Positions 36,152 to 46,393 of a stretch of DNA of 64,000 nucleotides are shown here, in pieces; the stretch's first letter is position 1; each line of letters begins with the position of its first letter. Below the pieces are notes generated by a model. It was not told where the DNA came from and searched no databases. It saw only the letters and a program-made list of their open reading frames with translations. Source of the DNA: a phage. The position numbers were made by a program, and so were the translations under genes. Where the stretch lies: sequence record PV419677.1, one strand, 5' to 3'.

Positions 36152-37890
36152 TTAATATGTCAGATAGTGTAAGTTGGTTCGTCGGTGTTGTCGAAGACCG
36201 AATGGACCCACTTCAACAAGGTCGTGTTCGTGTTCGTGTATGGGGTATGCATCCATATGAGAAATCGCAAGGGCCTGTAAAAGGTATCAGAACTGAAGAC
36301 CTGCCCTGGATGTCTGTATTGATGCCAACATCATCTGCATCGGTTTCCGGTATTCAAACTGCCATGACTGGTATGGTCCCGGGTACTCAAGTATATGGTC
36401 ACTTTTTGGACAAATGGAAGCTCAATGGATTAGTCCTTGGTACATATGGCTCAGCATCAAGACAGAAGGCAAACACAACAGAAGGTTTTAGTGACCCCAC
36501 AGGGCAATATCCGCTTTATGTGGGCAATGATGCTGCTGCGCTTAACCGAGGCGGTGAGGTCGGTTATGATGACACTTCAAACGTAATTCAGGATGCAAAC
36601 CTTGATTTGGGTATTAACCCTGATGGCCTTGATTTGAGTCAAGTTAAGCCAGATGATAATCCTAATTTCACAATTGAAAATATGCTTCACCGCGATGAAG
36701 GTCTTCGTCTGAAAGTATATTGGGACACTGAAGGTTATCCTACTATAGGTATAGGACACTTAATTACACCACAACCTATTAGAGATATGAATCAGATAAA
36801 CAAAATATTATCCAATCAAATAGGCCGTGAAGTTAAAGGTAACCCTGGTGCAATATCAATGGACGAGGCTTCTAAGTTATTCCAAGAAGACCTTAAAAAA
36901 GTCCAAAATGATATAGGTAGACATAGTGTTGTAGGTCCGGTTTACAATAAAGAAAACCGTTCAAGACAAATGGCTCTTGAAAACATGGCTTTCCAAATGG
37001 GATTAGGTGGACTTGCTAAATTCCGTGGAATGCTTAGTGCAATGTTAATAGGCGATTATAAAAAGGCATTTGAAGAAGCTCGCAATTCAGTATGGTTTAA
37101 CCAAACTAAAGGACGTGCATCAAGGGTATCAATGATTATCCTTACTGGTAATATGGAATCATATGGTATTATGGCCCCTAAAGAAATGGAATTTAAAGGG
37201 CGTTCATATAGGATGATTCAAACCTTTGCGGCCCCTACAAATTCTGACCCGGCCGACCCGTGGACTCCAGAAGATACGAGGATTCTATTTAAAGAGCCAG
37301 AATCAAGTTACAAGGGCGAATATCCTTATGTACAGACAATGCAAACCGAAGGCGGACATATTCAGGAATTCGATAACACTCCAGGACAAGAACGTTATCG
37401 ACTGATTCATCCGACCGGTTCCTATGAGGAAGTTGCACCAGATGGTCGTAAGACTTCGAAGACGGTAGCCGATGGCTATTATATGACCCAGGGTGATTCA
37501 AGCACTTATGTTGGCGGGAATAATAAAGTCAACGTTGGCGGTGATGAAACCTATTACAATATGGCTAACGTTCGTCGTCAGACTGATGGAAACGAAAGTA
37601 TTCATATCAGAGGGAATGAAACCAAAACTATCGAAGGTGATGGTACAATTATCGTCAAAGGTAATGTAAGTATTCTTGTCGAAGGTAATGCTGAAATAAC
37701 TGTCAAAGGCGATGCAAAAACTCTTGTCGAAGGTGACCATGATTATACGGTAAATGGTAATGTCAAATGGTCCGTTAATGGAAACGTTGATATGACCGTG
37801 GCTGGCAATTGGTCCGAAACAATGTCAACAATGAGTTCTATTGCATCTGGTCAATATACTATTGATGGTTCGAGGATTGACATTGGCTAA
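36148..37890 (+). CDS. 5: baseplate hub/tail lysozyme gp5
   Basis: 580 aa; OB-fold N-terminus, lysozyme segment HRDEGLRLKVYWDTEGYPTIGIGHL, C-terminal VxGxxxxx beta-helix repeats. Confidence 0.9.
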   Translation: MINMSDSVSWFVGVVEDRMDPLQQGRVRVRVWGMHPYEKSQGPVKGIRTEDLPWMSVLMPTSSASVSGIQTAMTGMVPGTQVYGHFLDKWKLNGLVLGTYGSASRQKANTTEGFSDPTGQYPLYVGNDAAALNRGGEVGYDDTSNVIQDANLDLGINPDGLDLSQVKPDDNPNFTIENMLHRDEGLRLKVYWDTEGYPTIGIGHLITPQPIRDMNQINKILSNQIGREVKGNPGAISMDEASKLFQEDLKKVQNDIGRHSVVGPVYNKENRSRQMALENMAFQMGLGGLAKFRGMLSAMLIGDYKKAFEEARNSVWFNQTKGRASRVSMIILTGNMESYGIMAPKEMEFKGRSYRMIQTFAAPTNSDPADPWTPEDTRILFKEPESSYKGEYPYVQTMQTEGGHIQEFDNTPGQERYRLIHPTGSYEEVAPDGRKTSKTVADGYYMTQGDSSTYVGGNNKVNVGGDETYYNMANVRRQTDGNESIHIRGNETKTIEGDGTIIVKGNVSILVEGNAEITVKGDAKTLVEGDHDYTVNGNVKWSVNGNVDMTVAGNWSETMSTMSSIASGQYTIDGSRIDIG

Positions 37891-37900
37891 TATACTTCCA

Positions 37901-38422
37901 ATGAGCACTGACCTAGGAGACTCCATGGAAGGAGCCTCAATCGATGTTACGTTTACAGCTCAATTAGAAACAAACGAAACATTAGTCGAAATAAATATAA
38001 CTGAATATGAGGCCACCCCTGGCGTTAATGTTGAGGGTAATCATCTTTATGGTGTTTATGAATCCGTGTTCGGATTTGCGGATGATGCACTTAAATATCG
38101 GCTTAATGACGAATTTAAAACTGCTGGTTCATGGGAAGACCTTCCTACCGATAAGAGTACTCAATTGTATCTCTGGAGGGCCCCATCGAGCCTCCAGAAG
38201 GTCTTTTCATACACGGTAACCCTAACCTATGACTTTCAAGAAGAGAGCTCTGGCGGAGACACAGGGAACTCTGGTGGCAGTAATAGCCGTGCAGTTAATG
38301 AGACCGACCCACCTCCTGCGCCAGTAAGAAAGACAATGACAAAAGTTTACACAAAAACTATCGTTGGCAACTGGTCAAGATGGGCAGATAAATTGCGTTC
38401 ATACGTATACGCGAGGGATTAA
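37901..38422 (+). CDS. hypothetical protein at the gene 5.1 position
   Basis: ATG at 37901 after gp5 stop. Confidence 0.5.
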   Translation: MSTDLGDSMEGASIDVTFTAQLETNETLVEINITEYEATPGVNVEGNHLYGVYESVFGFADDALKYRLNDEFKTAGSWEDLPTDKSTQLYLWRAPSSLQKVFSYTVTLTYDFQEESSGGDTGNSGGSNSRAVNETDPPPAPVRKTMTKVYTKTIVGNWSRWADKLRSYVYARD

Positions 38423-38715
38423 TGGCTGGATTAAGTTTTAATCAATGTGTTACAGCAGGCCACGAAGCATGGCCGCCGACTGTAATTAATGCAACTCAAG
38501 GTAAAGTATTCACCGGGGGAATTCCAGTATTAGTTGCCGGAGACCCTATTACCGAGCATACCGAAATTAAAAAACCATATGAAACCCATGGCGGAGTAAC
38601 ACAACCAAGAACTTCAAAGGTATTCGTCACCGGTAAGAAAGCTGTTCAAATGGCAGACCCGATTTCATGTGGTGATACTGTGGCTCAAGCCTCGGGGAAG
38701 GTGTTCATAAAATGA
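38422..38715 (+). CDS. 5.4: PAAR-repeat spike-tip protein gp5.4
   Basis: 97 aa; the T4 gp5.4 size and Gly-rich PAAR-like pattern. Confidence 0.7.
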   Translation: MAGLSFNQCVTAGHEAWPPTVINATQGKVFTGGIPVLVAGDPITEHTEIKKPYETHGGVTQPRTSKVFVTGKKAVQMADPISCGDTVAQASGKVFIK

Positions 38716-39389
38716 ATAAAGAATTTAATTTTGTGTATATAACCACAAACCTTAAAAATGGTAAAAAGTATATAGGTAAACATTCCACGGATGATATGTT
38801 TGATGGATATTATGGTACAGGAGAGCTTATCAAAAAAGCTTATAAAAAATATGGAAAGGATTTGTTTGAGACAAAAATAATAAAATTTTTTGATACTGAA
38901 GATGAGGCTTACGACTACGAAGAATTTTTAGTAGACGAATCTATAATTTATGATGATAGATATTATAATATAGATTTGGGTGGCAAAGGAAGTATGCGAG
39001 GAAGAAAACATAAGGAATCTTCAAAGAAGCAAATATCAGACAAAATGAAGGGTAGGTCAAAGCCACCACGAAGTAAAGAATATATTGAAAATTTTGAAAA
39101 AGCTATGGCCAAAAGGAGAAAGCCTAAACCACCTCCTAAGCCGAGGGTTTTTGTTAGAGGAGAAGAACATCCTTTATATAAAAGATCAAGACCGCAATCT
39201 GTTATTGACCTATGTAAACTTAATAATAGAAAACACCCCATATGGCAATCATATGATATTTTATTCAAATTATGGAAAGAAAATGATAAGCCAGGTTGGA
39301 GAAAAATGACCAGATTAGCCATTGAAAACGGATTTCCAAATACGGCTTATGATAAAATGATAAAACAATTTAAACAGGATTCAGAATAA
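38712..39389 (+). CDS. GIY-YIG homing endonuclease (Seg-like)
   Basis: [27 protein letters not shown] motif; basic C-terminal DNA-binding region; inserted between 5.4 and 6. Confidence 0.75.
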   Translation: MNKEFNFVYITTNLKNGKKYIGKHSTDDMFDGYYGTGELIKKAYKKYGKDLFETKIIKFFDTEDEAYDYEEFLVDESIIYDDRYYNIDLGGKGSMRGRKHKESSKKQISDKMKGRSKPPRSKEYIENFEKAMAKRRKPKPPPKPRVFVRGEEHPLYKRSRPQSVIDLCKLNNRKHPIWQSYDILFKLWKENDKPGWRKMTRLAIENGFPNTAYDKMIKQFKQDSE

Positions 39390-41335
39390 TGGCTACTCCT
39401 ACGAATTACCAATTAACAAGAACCGTTAACGCTATCCCAAAAGTATTTGTGGGAGCTACGTTTGAAGAAATTAAAAAGAATATCATCGACTGGTTATCAA
39501 GCCAGGATGAATTTAAGGATTATGATTTCGTAGGTTCGCGAATGAATATCCTGATTGACATGCTTGCATATAATACATTGTATATGCAGCAGTTTGCTAA
39601 TACAGCGGTTTATGAATCATTTATCGGAACTGCAAACTTAAGGTCTTCAGTTGTTCAGGCTGCGCAGGATAATGGATATCTTCCATCTTCTCGCTCGGCT
39701 GCAAAGACTTCGGTTATGTTGACATGTTCTCATGCTCTGCAGCCATCGAATATTGAAATCCCACGAGGAACTAAATTCCTGGCTTATGCTCGTGATACAT
39801 CAGCCGACCCTTATGTTTTTGTTACCACGGAAAACGTTATCGCGGTTAAAGATATTAACAACCAATACCTTCCGATTGTATCTCTGGCACAGGGTCGTAT
39901 TATTCGTACGGAACTTTTATATGACCCGAAACAACCTATTCTTATCCGCGACCCGGATATTGACCGCAAAGAAGTTAAGTTATATGTGAATGGTGTTGAG
40001 TGGGATGACTGGACGAATAAATCAATGGTTCACGCTGGTTCGACTTCCACCATATTTTATATGCGTGAAACAATCGATGGCTATACCGAATTTTTCTTCG
40101 GTGAAGGCGAATCCACCAAATCTGTGGCCGGTGGCGTTATGGAAGCCAACTATATTGGCGGTCTTAAACCTGTGCAAGATTCAACAATTGTTATTGAGTA
40201 TCTTCGTACTTCCGGGGCAGATGCAAACGGCGCTGTCGATTTCAGTTATGCTGATACGTTGTCTTATATCACAGTGGATAAGATTACCGAAAACTATAAT
40301 AACGACCCTGATTATGTCGGTGCCGATGGCGGTGGTGACCCAGAAGATATCGAACGTATCCGTGAACTGGCTGTTGTTAAACGTGAAGCGCAGATGCGTG
40401 CTGTCACCGGAACGGATTATGATACCTTCGTATCCGAAAGATTTGGCTCAATCGTGCAAGCCGTACAGACGTTTACAGACGCTAATAAACCAGGGTATGC
40501 GTTTATATCAGTTAAGCCTAAATCGGGCTTGTATCTCACTGCAGTGCAGCGTGAGGACATCCAGAACTACCTTAGCGAGTTCAACGTATCAACAATTACA
40601 CCATCGGTAATTTCTCCGGATTATTTGTTCCTTAAACATAATATCAAAGTGTCTTATGCGCTGAACAAATTGCAAGAATCTGAACAATGGTTGCAAGCAC
40701 AAATCATTAATCAGATTGACCGTTATTATATTGATGAAGTTGAAATCTTTAACAGAAGTTTTGCTAAGTCAAAAATGCTTACATACGTGGATAATACCGA
40801 CCATAGTATTCTTGGTTCGTCTGCAACCATTTCGATGGTGCGTGAGGTCCTGAACTTCTTTAAGACTCCGGAATCCGGCATTAAATACTATAACCAGTAT
40901 GGCAACCGTTCAGTCGAATCAAGCGAATTTGAATTTGTTCCGACTACAGGTGAAGCCTATAACGTTCGCATTGTTGCAACTGATAAAGATTCTCGCGGTG
41001 ATGGCAAAATGGTAATTGGTCCATTCCGTCCGGGTGATGTTATCGAAAACGTAAACATCCAGCCTTACCTGCAAGATGACTTTAATAAAATGGAAGCTCC
41101 GGCTGACCAAACAGTTTATTACGCAATTGGCGAAATTGACTATTACTCTGATTATATTTTTTGGGATATCGCTGCGATTGGATTGACCTCCGACCGCTTT
41201 GAAGTTCAATCAATCGAACTTTATGCAAGTCCCAACCAAGATAATATATACACGCAAGATGGTTCACTGATTGTATTTGAGAATGACCTTCGTCCACAAT
41301 ATACAAAGATTGACCTTGAACCGATTACACTATAA
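39389..41335 (+). CDS. 6: baseplate wedge protein gp6
   Basis: 648 aa; size and synteny. Confidence 0.8.
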   Translation: MATPTNYQLTRTVNAIPKVFVGATFEEIKKNIIDWLSSQDEFKDYDFVGSRMNILIDMLAYNTLYMQQFANTAVYESFIGTANLRSSVVQAAQDNGYLPSSRSAAKTSVMLTCSHALQPSNIEIPRGTKFLAYARDTSADPYVFVTTENVIAVKDINNQYLPIVSLAQGRIIRTELLYDPKQPILIRDPDIDRKEVKLYVNGVEWDDWTNKSMVHAGSTSTIFYMRETIDGYTEFFFGEGESTKSVAGGVMEANYIGGLKPVQDSTIVIEYLRTSGADANGAVDFSYADTLSYITVDKITENYNNDPDYVGADGGGDPEDIERIRELAVVKREAQMRAVTGTDYDTFVSERFGSIVQAVQTFTDANKPGYAFISVKPKSGLYLTAVQREDIQNYLSEFNVSTITPSVISPDYLFLKHNIKVSYALNKLQESEQWLQAQIINQIDRYYIDEVEIFNRSFAKSKMLTYVDNTDHSILGSSATISMVREVLNFFKTPESGIKYYNQYGNRSVESSEFEFVPTTGEAYNVRIVATDKDSRGDGKMVIGPFRPGDVIENVNIQPYLQDDFNKMEAPADQTVYYAIGEIDYYSDYIFWDIAAIGLTSDRFEVQSIELYASPNQDNIYTQDGSLIVFENDLRPQYTKIDLEPITL

Positions 41336-41354
41336 GCCTCTTCGGAGGCTTTTT
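41336..41354 (+). terminator. intrinsic terminator after gene 6
   Basis: GCCTC-TTCG-GAGGC hairpin plus T-run. Confidence 0.55.
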
Positions 41355-41363
41355 AAGGAAACC

Positions 41364-44300
41364 ATGATGAGTGTTAAAGCCCCTTATGTAACCAGCTTAC
41401 GGATTGATAAACTATCTGCTAACCAGGTTAGCATAAAATGGGATAATGTTGGCGCCAACTTTTATTATTTTGTTGAGATTGCTACGACAAAAGAAAATGG
41501 TGTTGCTATTCCAGAAGAAAATCTGTTATGGAGGAATTTAGGTTATACTCCAGACAATGAATGGTTCGAACAAGATTTTATTCGTCCAGTATCATTTTAC
41601 AAAATGCGTGTTGCTGTTGCAGCAATGGGTTTTGAACAATCTGATTGGGTTTATACCGAAGAATTTGAAACCTTTGCAACTAACGCATACACATTTGAGC
41701 ACATGCGTGAATTTACATTAACAAATAAATTCATCGAAGAAAAATTCACAAACAATAACCAAGCTTATATCAACTTTAATAATGATGCAATTATGGCATC
41801 GCTGATGTCTGAAGATTTTAGCTTTACTCCTGCGTATTCTCATTTGTCTTCAATTTCAAACTATGTATTAAAAGAAGACCAATATCATGAAATTCAGGGT
41901 AACATTCAGCCGGTATGTAACGATGTTAATCGTACAATGATTGCTGAACTTGGTGGCGTACTGTATTTGTTTGAACGATTCCAGACAACTGTCAAAGTCT
42001 CCAATGATAAAGGGCAGAACTGGTATTATGTAAAATTGTTTAATGACCGTATCGGTAACCCAGTATCGCGCACAATTTATTATCAATCAGATACAACAAC
42101 TTACGTACTCGGGTATGACCGAATTTTTTACGGCCGCAAATCAAGTGACATAAGATGGTCTGCTGATGATGTTCGATTCAGTTCCCAGGATATAACATTT
42201 GCAAAAATTGGTTCGGATATCAATCTTGGATTTGATATTGAAATATTTGGCACATACGCAAGACTTCCTGCTTATATCTCGACAATTGCTGAAGCAATCA
42301 CTACGACCGATTCCATGATTTACGTTGCCGGGCGCGACCGCGTGTACAAAGCTAAATCTTCTGATGCTCCAATTGATAACGACCCCAACTCCCCAACATT
42401 CGGTGAAAAATTATTTGAAGCTGGATATAGCACAATAAGTGGTAACCCCAAAGCTGTTTGTTACAAGATGGATTCAATTGACGGTGAAGTGTTTGCATTA
42501 ATCACGGGTGAAGTAAAAGAAGAGCGACAAGACCCGACTAAACCTGAAAACGTTGTCGATTCGTTATCTAAGGGCGTTTATAAATTAAATGCTGACACCG
42601 ATACATGGACACGAGTTTTTGGTAACACAGAGGATGAACGTCGACGTATTGAACATGGTTACACAAGCATGTCAACCGACGGAATTGAACTTTTTATCAG
42701 TTCAAGTAACTTCCGTTATTCCGTAGAGCCGGATACTGAACTCCCTGCTAAGTATCCTGAAGAAGTTAATGAAGCAGTCAAATATGTGTATGATGAACAA
42801 TGGATACATGACAAGCATTATTTGATGATGAGTTTTAGGTCGAATAAAGATTCAGGTTGGGAAGAGTTTAAACCTGGCCGTATGTCATATTACGCTGAAC
42901 CGTTCTTTAACTGGTCTCGTCGTGATGATACTCGTTGTTGGATTACTACGTCAGACAGAGCTCTGGTTGTATATAATGACATGCTATATCAAAAGATTAT
43001 CGATACCTTTGGTGGTTCATCCCCTGAACGTATTGTACACGAATACTGGAATAAAGGTCAAGTAAAAGTTACTTCGCCTAACATCGAATTCAATGGCTTT
43101 AAAAAATACGCCTCGGGTATTATGTTACACAAAAATACTGGAGAGCTTATTGGCTATTTTGAATTTGACTATCGTAGACGTGATGAAGTTAGATTAATCT
43201 GGAAACCGAAAGAAGTTATGTTCACTGCAGAATTACAGAACCAGGAACATGATATTCCATGGACACCAGATAATGACGAACAAGAGAAAGACCCAGACTT
43301 GCGTCCTCTTTTAACAAAGATGGTTCCGGATAGTTATTTGCTCCAGGATAGCAACTTTGAAAAATTCTGTGAATATTATTTGCAGTTTATCAGTGATGGC
43401 TCTGGTACCTATTATAACAACCTTTTGAACTTGATTCGCAACCAGTACCCGCGCGAGGAAGATGCATGGGAATACCTTTGGAGCGAAATGTACAAAAGAA
43501 ATATATATTTGTCAAAGACCAAGCGTGACGAAGTAGTTCGTTTCTTTGAAGCAAGACAGTCTGATTTTTGGGCCACTAAGGGTACTGAAGCATCCTATAA
43601 GTTTTTGTTCAAATTGTTATATAATGAAGACGTTGAAATCGATATTGAATCCAAGAACGGAACCGAGTATGACATAATCGTCGAATCTGATAACATCAGC
43701 GAAGATATTGTTGGACAAACAATTTACACACCAACTGGTCGCAGTAACGTTACTTATATGGAACGTGACTACAAACAGGGTAAATTGAGATGGCGTATCA
43801 CGATTCATAACTTACTTGGTCGCTTTATTGTTGGGCAAGAAATTAAATCCGAAAGGACTTCCTTTGAAGGTATGATTGTTCAGGGTGTTCGTGGGAAAGA
43901 ATTACTTAGCAACAACATCGATTATATCAACCGAAATCGTTCTTACTATGTAATGACCATTAAATCAAGTCTCCCAACATCTCGTTATCGTAATGACGTA
44001 TTGCGATTTGTTCATCCGGTTGGATTTGGATTCGTTGGAATTACATTATTGACAATGTTTGTTAATGCTGGTCTGTCATTAAAACATACAGAAACTATTA
44101 TCAATAAACTGAACAACTATCGTTGGTCGTCTGGTATTCCGTCAGAATGGTGCGACCGTATCGCAGTTATTGGGGCCGATGGAAACATTGAGCATAGTCC
44201 TGTTACAGGTGAAGCAGTATATAATATTGCTCCTAATGCAGGTTTACCATTCCCATTACCAGCAGATTACGATGCCGAAAACGATTTTTCGGATTTTCAT

Positions 44301-44462
44301 GGGACTCTCCCGTCTGAACGTCGTAAAAAATACAGTCCATTGTTTGACCAGTCTGCCGTGACTTTTGCTAACTGGCGCAATTTGGTTAATCAACGTCTTA
44401 AGGATGATATTGGTAATCCACGCGACCCGAAAGACCCCACACAGGTAAAGGTAAATGAATAA
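41364..44462 (+). CDS. 7: baseplate wedge protein gp7
   Basis: ~1032 aa from ATG at 41364 (RBS aagga); size and synteny. Confidence 0.8.
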   Translation: MMSVKAPYVTSLRIDKLSANQVSIKWDNVGANFYYFVEIATTKENGVAIPEENLLWRNLGYTPDNEWFEQDFIRPVSFYKMRVAVAAMGFEQSDWVYTEEFETFATNAYTFEHMREFTLTNKFIEEKFTNNNQAYINFNNDAIMASLMSEDFSFTPAYSHLSSISNYVLKEDQYHEIQGNIQPVCNDVNRTMIAELGGVLYLFERFQTTVKVSNDKGQNWYYVKLFNDRIGNPVSRTIYYQSDTTTYVLGYDRIFYGRKSSDIRWSADDVRFSSQDITFAKIGSDINLGFDIEIFGTYARLPAYISTIAEAITTTDSMIYVAGRDRVYKAKSSDAPIDNDPNSPTFGEKLFEAGYSTISGNPKAVCYKMDSIDGEVFALITGEVKEERQDPTKPENVVDSLSKGVYKLNADTDTWTRVFGNTEDERRRIEHGYTSMSTDGIELFISSSNFRYSVEPDTELPAKYPEEVNEAVKYVYDEQWIHDKHYLMMSFRSNKDSGWEEFKPGRMSYYAEPFFNWSRRDDTRCWITTSDRALVVYNDMLYQKIIDTFGGSSPERIVHEYWNKGQVKVTSPNIEFNGFKKYASGIMLHKNTGELIGYFEFDYRRRDEVRLIWKPKEVMFTAELQNQEHDIPWTPDNDEQEKDPDLRPLLTKMVPDSYLLQDSNFEKFCEYYLQFISDGSGTYYNNLLNLIRNQYPREEDAWEYLWSEMYKRNIYLSKTKRDEVVRFFEARQSDFWATKGTEASYKFLFKLLYNEDVEIDIESKNGTEYDIIVESDNISEDIVGQTIYTPTGRSNVTYMERDYKQGKLRWRITIHNLLGRFIVGQEIKSERTSFEGMIVQGVRGKELLSNNIDYINRNRSYYVMTIKSSLPTSRYRNDVLRFVHPVGFGFVGITLLTMFVNAGLSLKHTETIINKLNNYRWSSGIPSEWCDRIAVIGADGNIEHSPVTGEAVYNIAPNAGLPFPLPADYDAENDFSDFHGTLPSERRKKYSPLFDQSAVTFANWRNLVNQRLKDDIGNPRDPKDPTQVKVNE

Positions 44463-45459
44463 TTCATCTGTAGTTTATCGTTCGATAATTACCTCGAAAT
44501 TTCGAACTGAAAAAATGTATAACTTTTATAAAATGATTGGTAATGAGCCCGACCAGAATACGATGTATGTAACATTCGGTCGTGCTGAACCCTGGGCTTC
44601 GAATGAGAATGACCCGGGGTTCGCCCCTCCTTATCCGGTTGATACAGCACAAGGTGTTGAAGATACTTGGACCAATATGATGGGGGCAGTCAAAGTTTAT
44701 AAATCAATGCTTGATTGTGTTGTCCCACGTAAAGACTGGGGCGATATCAGATATCCTAATCCGCTTAACTTCCAGGTAGGGGAAATTGTTGTAGCTAACA
44801 GTGCTCCATATAACCGAACTGATGTTGGTAAAGGTTGGATGGTTTATCGTTGTGTAGATGTTCCTGATGTTGGGACTTGCTCCATTTATTCCATTATCAA
44901 TAAAGAAGAGTGCTTAAAACTCGGTGGTAAATGGACGGCGGAATATAACTCGACGAGAGCTCCAGCAGGGACTGGCGACACTGAAGGACGAGTTGATATG
45001 GGCGATGGTTATCTCTGGGAATATTTGTATGAGATTCCGCCTGATGTATCCATCAACCGTTGTACTAACGAATATATTGTTGTTCCATGGCCTGAAGAAA
45101 TCGAAGAAGACCCGTCACGCTGGGGTTACAAAGATAATATCAGCTGGCAACAAGATGATTTCGGTTTAATATATAGAATCAAAGGATATACAATCAGATT
45201 TAAAGCATTTATGGATTCCATTTACTTCCCAGAATTCAGTCTCCCGGGAAACAAAGGCTTCCGACAGCTGTCGATTATATCCAACCCACTTGAAGTTAAA
45301 GTACATCCTAATGACCCAAATATCAAAGCAATCAAAGAATACTACGATGCAATTGATTTGGACCGTCATTCTGGGGAAATGATTTATATGGAAAACCGCC
45401 CACCAATTATTCGTGCAATGGACCAGACAGAAGAAGTTAACATTATTTTTGAATTCTAA
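44455..45459 (+). CDS. 8: baseplate wedge protein gp8
   Basis: 334 aa, same as T4 gp8; synteny. Confidence 0.8.
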   Translation: MNNSSVVYRSIITSKFRTEKMYNFYKMIGNEPDQNTMYVTFGRAEPWASNENDPGFAPPYPVDTAQGVEDTWTNMMGAVKVYKSMLDCVVPRKDWGDIRYPNPLNFQVGEIVVANSAPYNRTDVGKGWMVYRCVDVPDVGTCSIYSIINKEECLKLGGKWTAEYNSTRAPAGTGDTEGRVDMGDGYLWEYLYEIPPDVSINRCTNEYIVVPWPEEIEEDPSRWGYKDNISWQQDDFGLIYRIKGYTIRFKAFMDSIYFPEFSLPGNKGFRQLSIISNPLEVKVHPNDPNIKAIKEYYDAIDLDRHSGEMIYMENRPPIIRAMDQTEEVNIIFEF

Positions 45460-45462
45460 CTA

Positions 45463-45484
45463 GGGACCTTCGGGTCCCTTTTTT
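45463..45484 (+). terminator. intrinsic terminator after gene 8
   Basis: GGGACC-TTCG-GGTCCC hairpin plus T-run. Confidence 0.6.
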
Positions 45485-45488
45485 ATTC

Positions 45489-45496
45489 TATAAATA
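45489..45496 (+). promoter_or_regulatory. late promoter octamer TATAAATA for gene 9
   Basis: exact octamer 28 bp 5' of the gene 9 ATG. Confidence 0.55.
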
Positions 45497-45523
45497 TAGC
45501 TATATCAATAACGAGGCTTACCT

Positions 45524-46393
45524 ATGATTAATCAAACCCCAAAATTATTAGTAGACATCGGCGAGATTGGTAACGCCAGCACCGGTGATATTCTATATGA
45601 AGGCGGTCGTAAACTGAACGTGGATTTAGACAGTTTGTATAATACATTTGGCGACCAGCGTCTATACTCCGTGAACAATGGAGAAAACACCCAGGTCCTT
45701 CATGCGACTGGATACTATCAAAAAGCTACAAATATCATCGAATGGAACTCAACTGTTGCTCTCGGTTCTATGCGTGATGTCAATACTGCCGAAGGTGTTA
45801 TCACCGCAAGAATTGCAAAAGGTAAAGCAGGCGAAGGTGTTATCTTTATTAACTCCAATGGTTCATTATCCACCTCGATGCCTCTGGAAGTTGAACTACA
45901 AGGCACGGATTCATTCCTGACCGCTGCAACGAACAAAATGAAATTTACTCAGCCTTATACAAAAATTACATTGTGGTGTATTGACGATGCTAACGGCGTA
46001 GGGACCTGGGACTACAAAATTGAAAGTATGTTTGGTAACCAATCTGTATTGCTCGACAAAACATACAATATGAGCTCGGTTGTTCGTGATATTCCAATCG
46101 CTTACCGCGCAGATTATAAAACTATCAAATTGATGCTTACGGCTATTTCAACAGACGAAACTAAATACAAAGCATCAGAAATGTTACTTTACATCGACCT
46201 TAAGGACCGCAAGGTATATAGCACAGAATACGCTGTAATCAGACGTGGACAAGCTAACGACGATGATGAGATATATGCCATCGATTTTAGAATTGATAAC
46301 CAGGACATCATACAGGCGGCTATAAGCTCACCCACTGCCATGAAGCTCGCTATTAAAGTAATTTCCGCCCAAACAATCGGAGTACCGGTATAA
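45524..46393 (+). CDS. 9: baseplate protein gp9 (long tail fibre socket)
   Basis: 289 aa; size and synteny. Confidence 0.8.
   Translation: MINQTPKLLVDIGEIGNASTGDILYEGGRKLNVDLDSLYNTFGDQRLYSVNNGENTQVLHATGYYQKATNIIEWNSTVALGSMRDVNTAEGVITARIAKGKAGEGVIFINSNGSLSTSMPLEVELQGTDSFLTAATNKMKFTQPYTKITLWCIDDANGVGTWDYKIESMFGNQSVLLDKTYNMSSVVRDIPIAYRADYKTIKLMLTAISTDETKYKASEMLLYIDLKDRKVYSTEYAVIRRGQANDDDEIYAIDFRIDNQDIIQAAISSPTAMKLAIKVISAQTIGVPV

Noticed and set aside
36650-37150. Separate lysozyme gene within the baseplate region
   Set aside because: The lysozyme-like segment is an internal domain of gp5, in frame and continuous with its OB-fold and beta-helix regions.
39990-40610. 206 aa plus-strand ORF
   Set aside because: Alternative frame inside gene 6; Leu/Ser-rich translation typical of an out-of-frame read.
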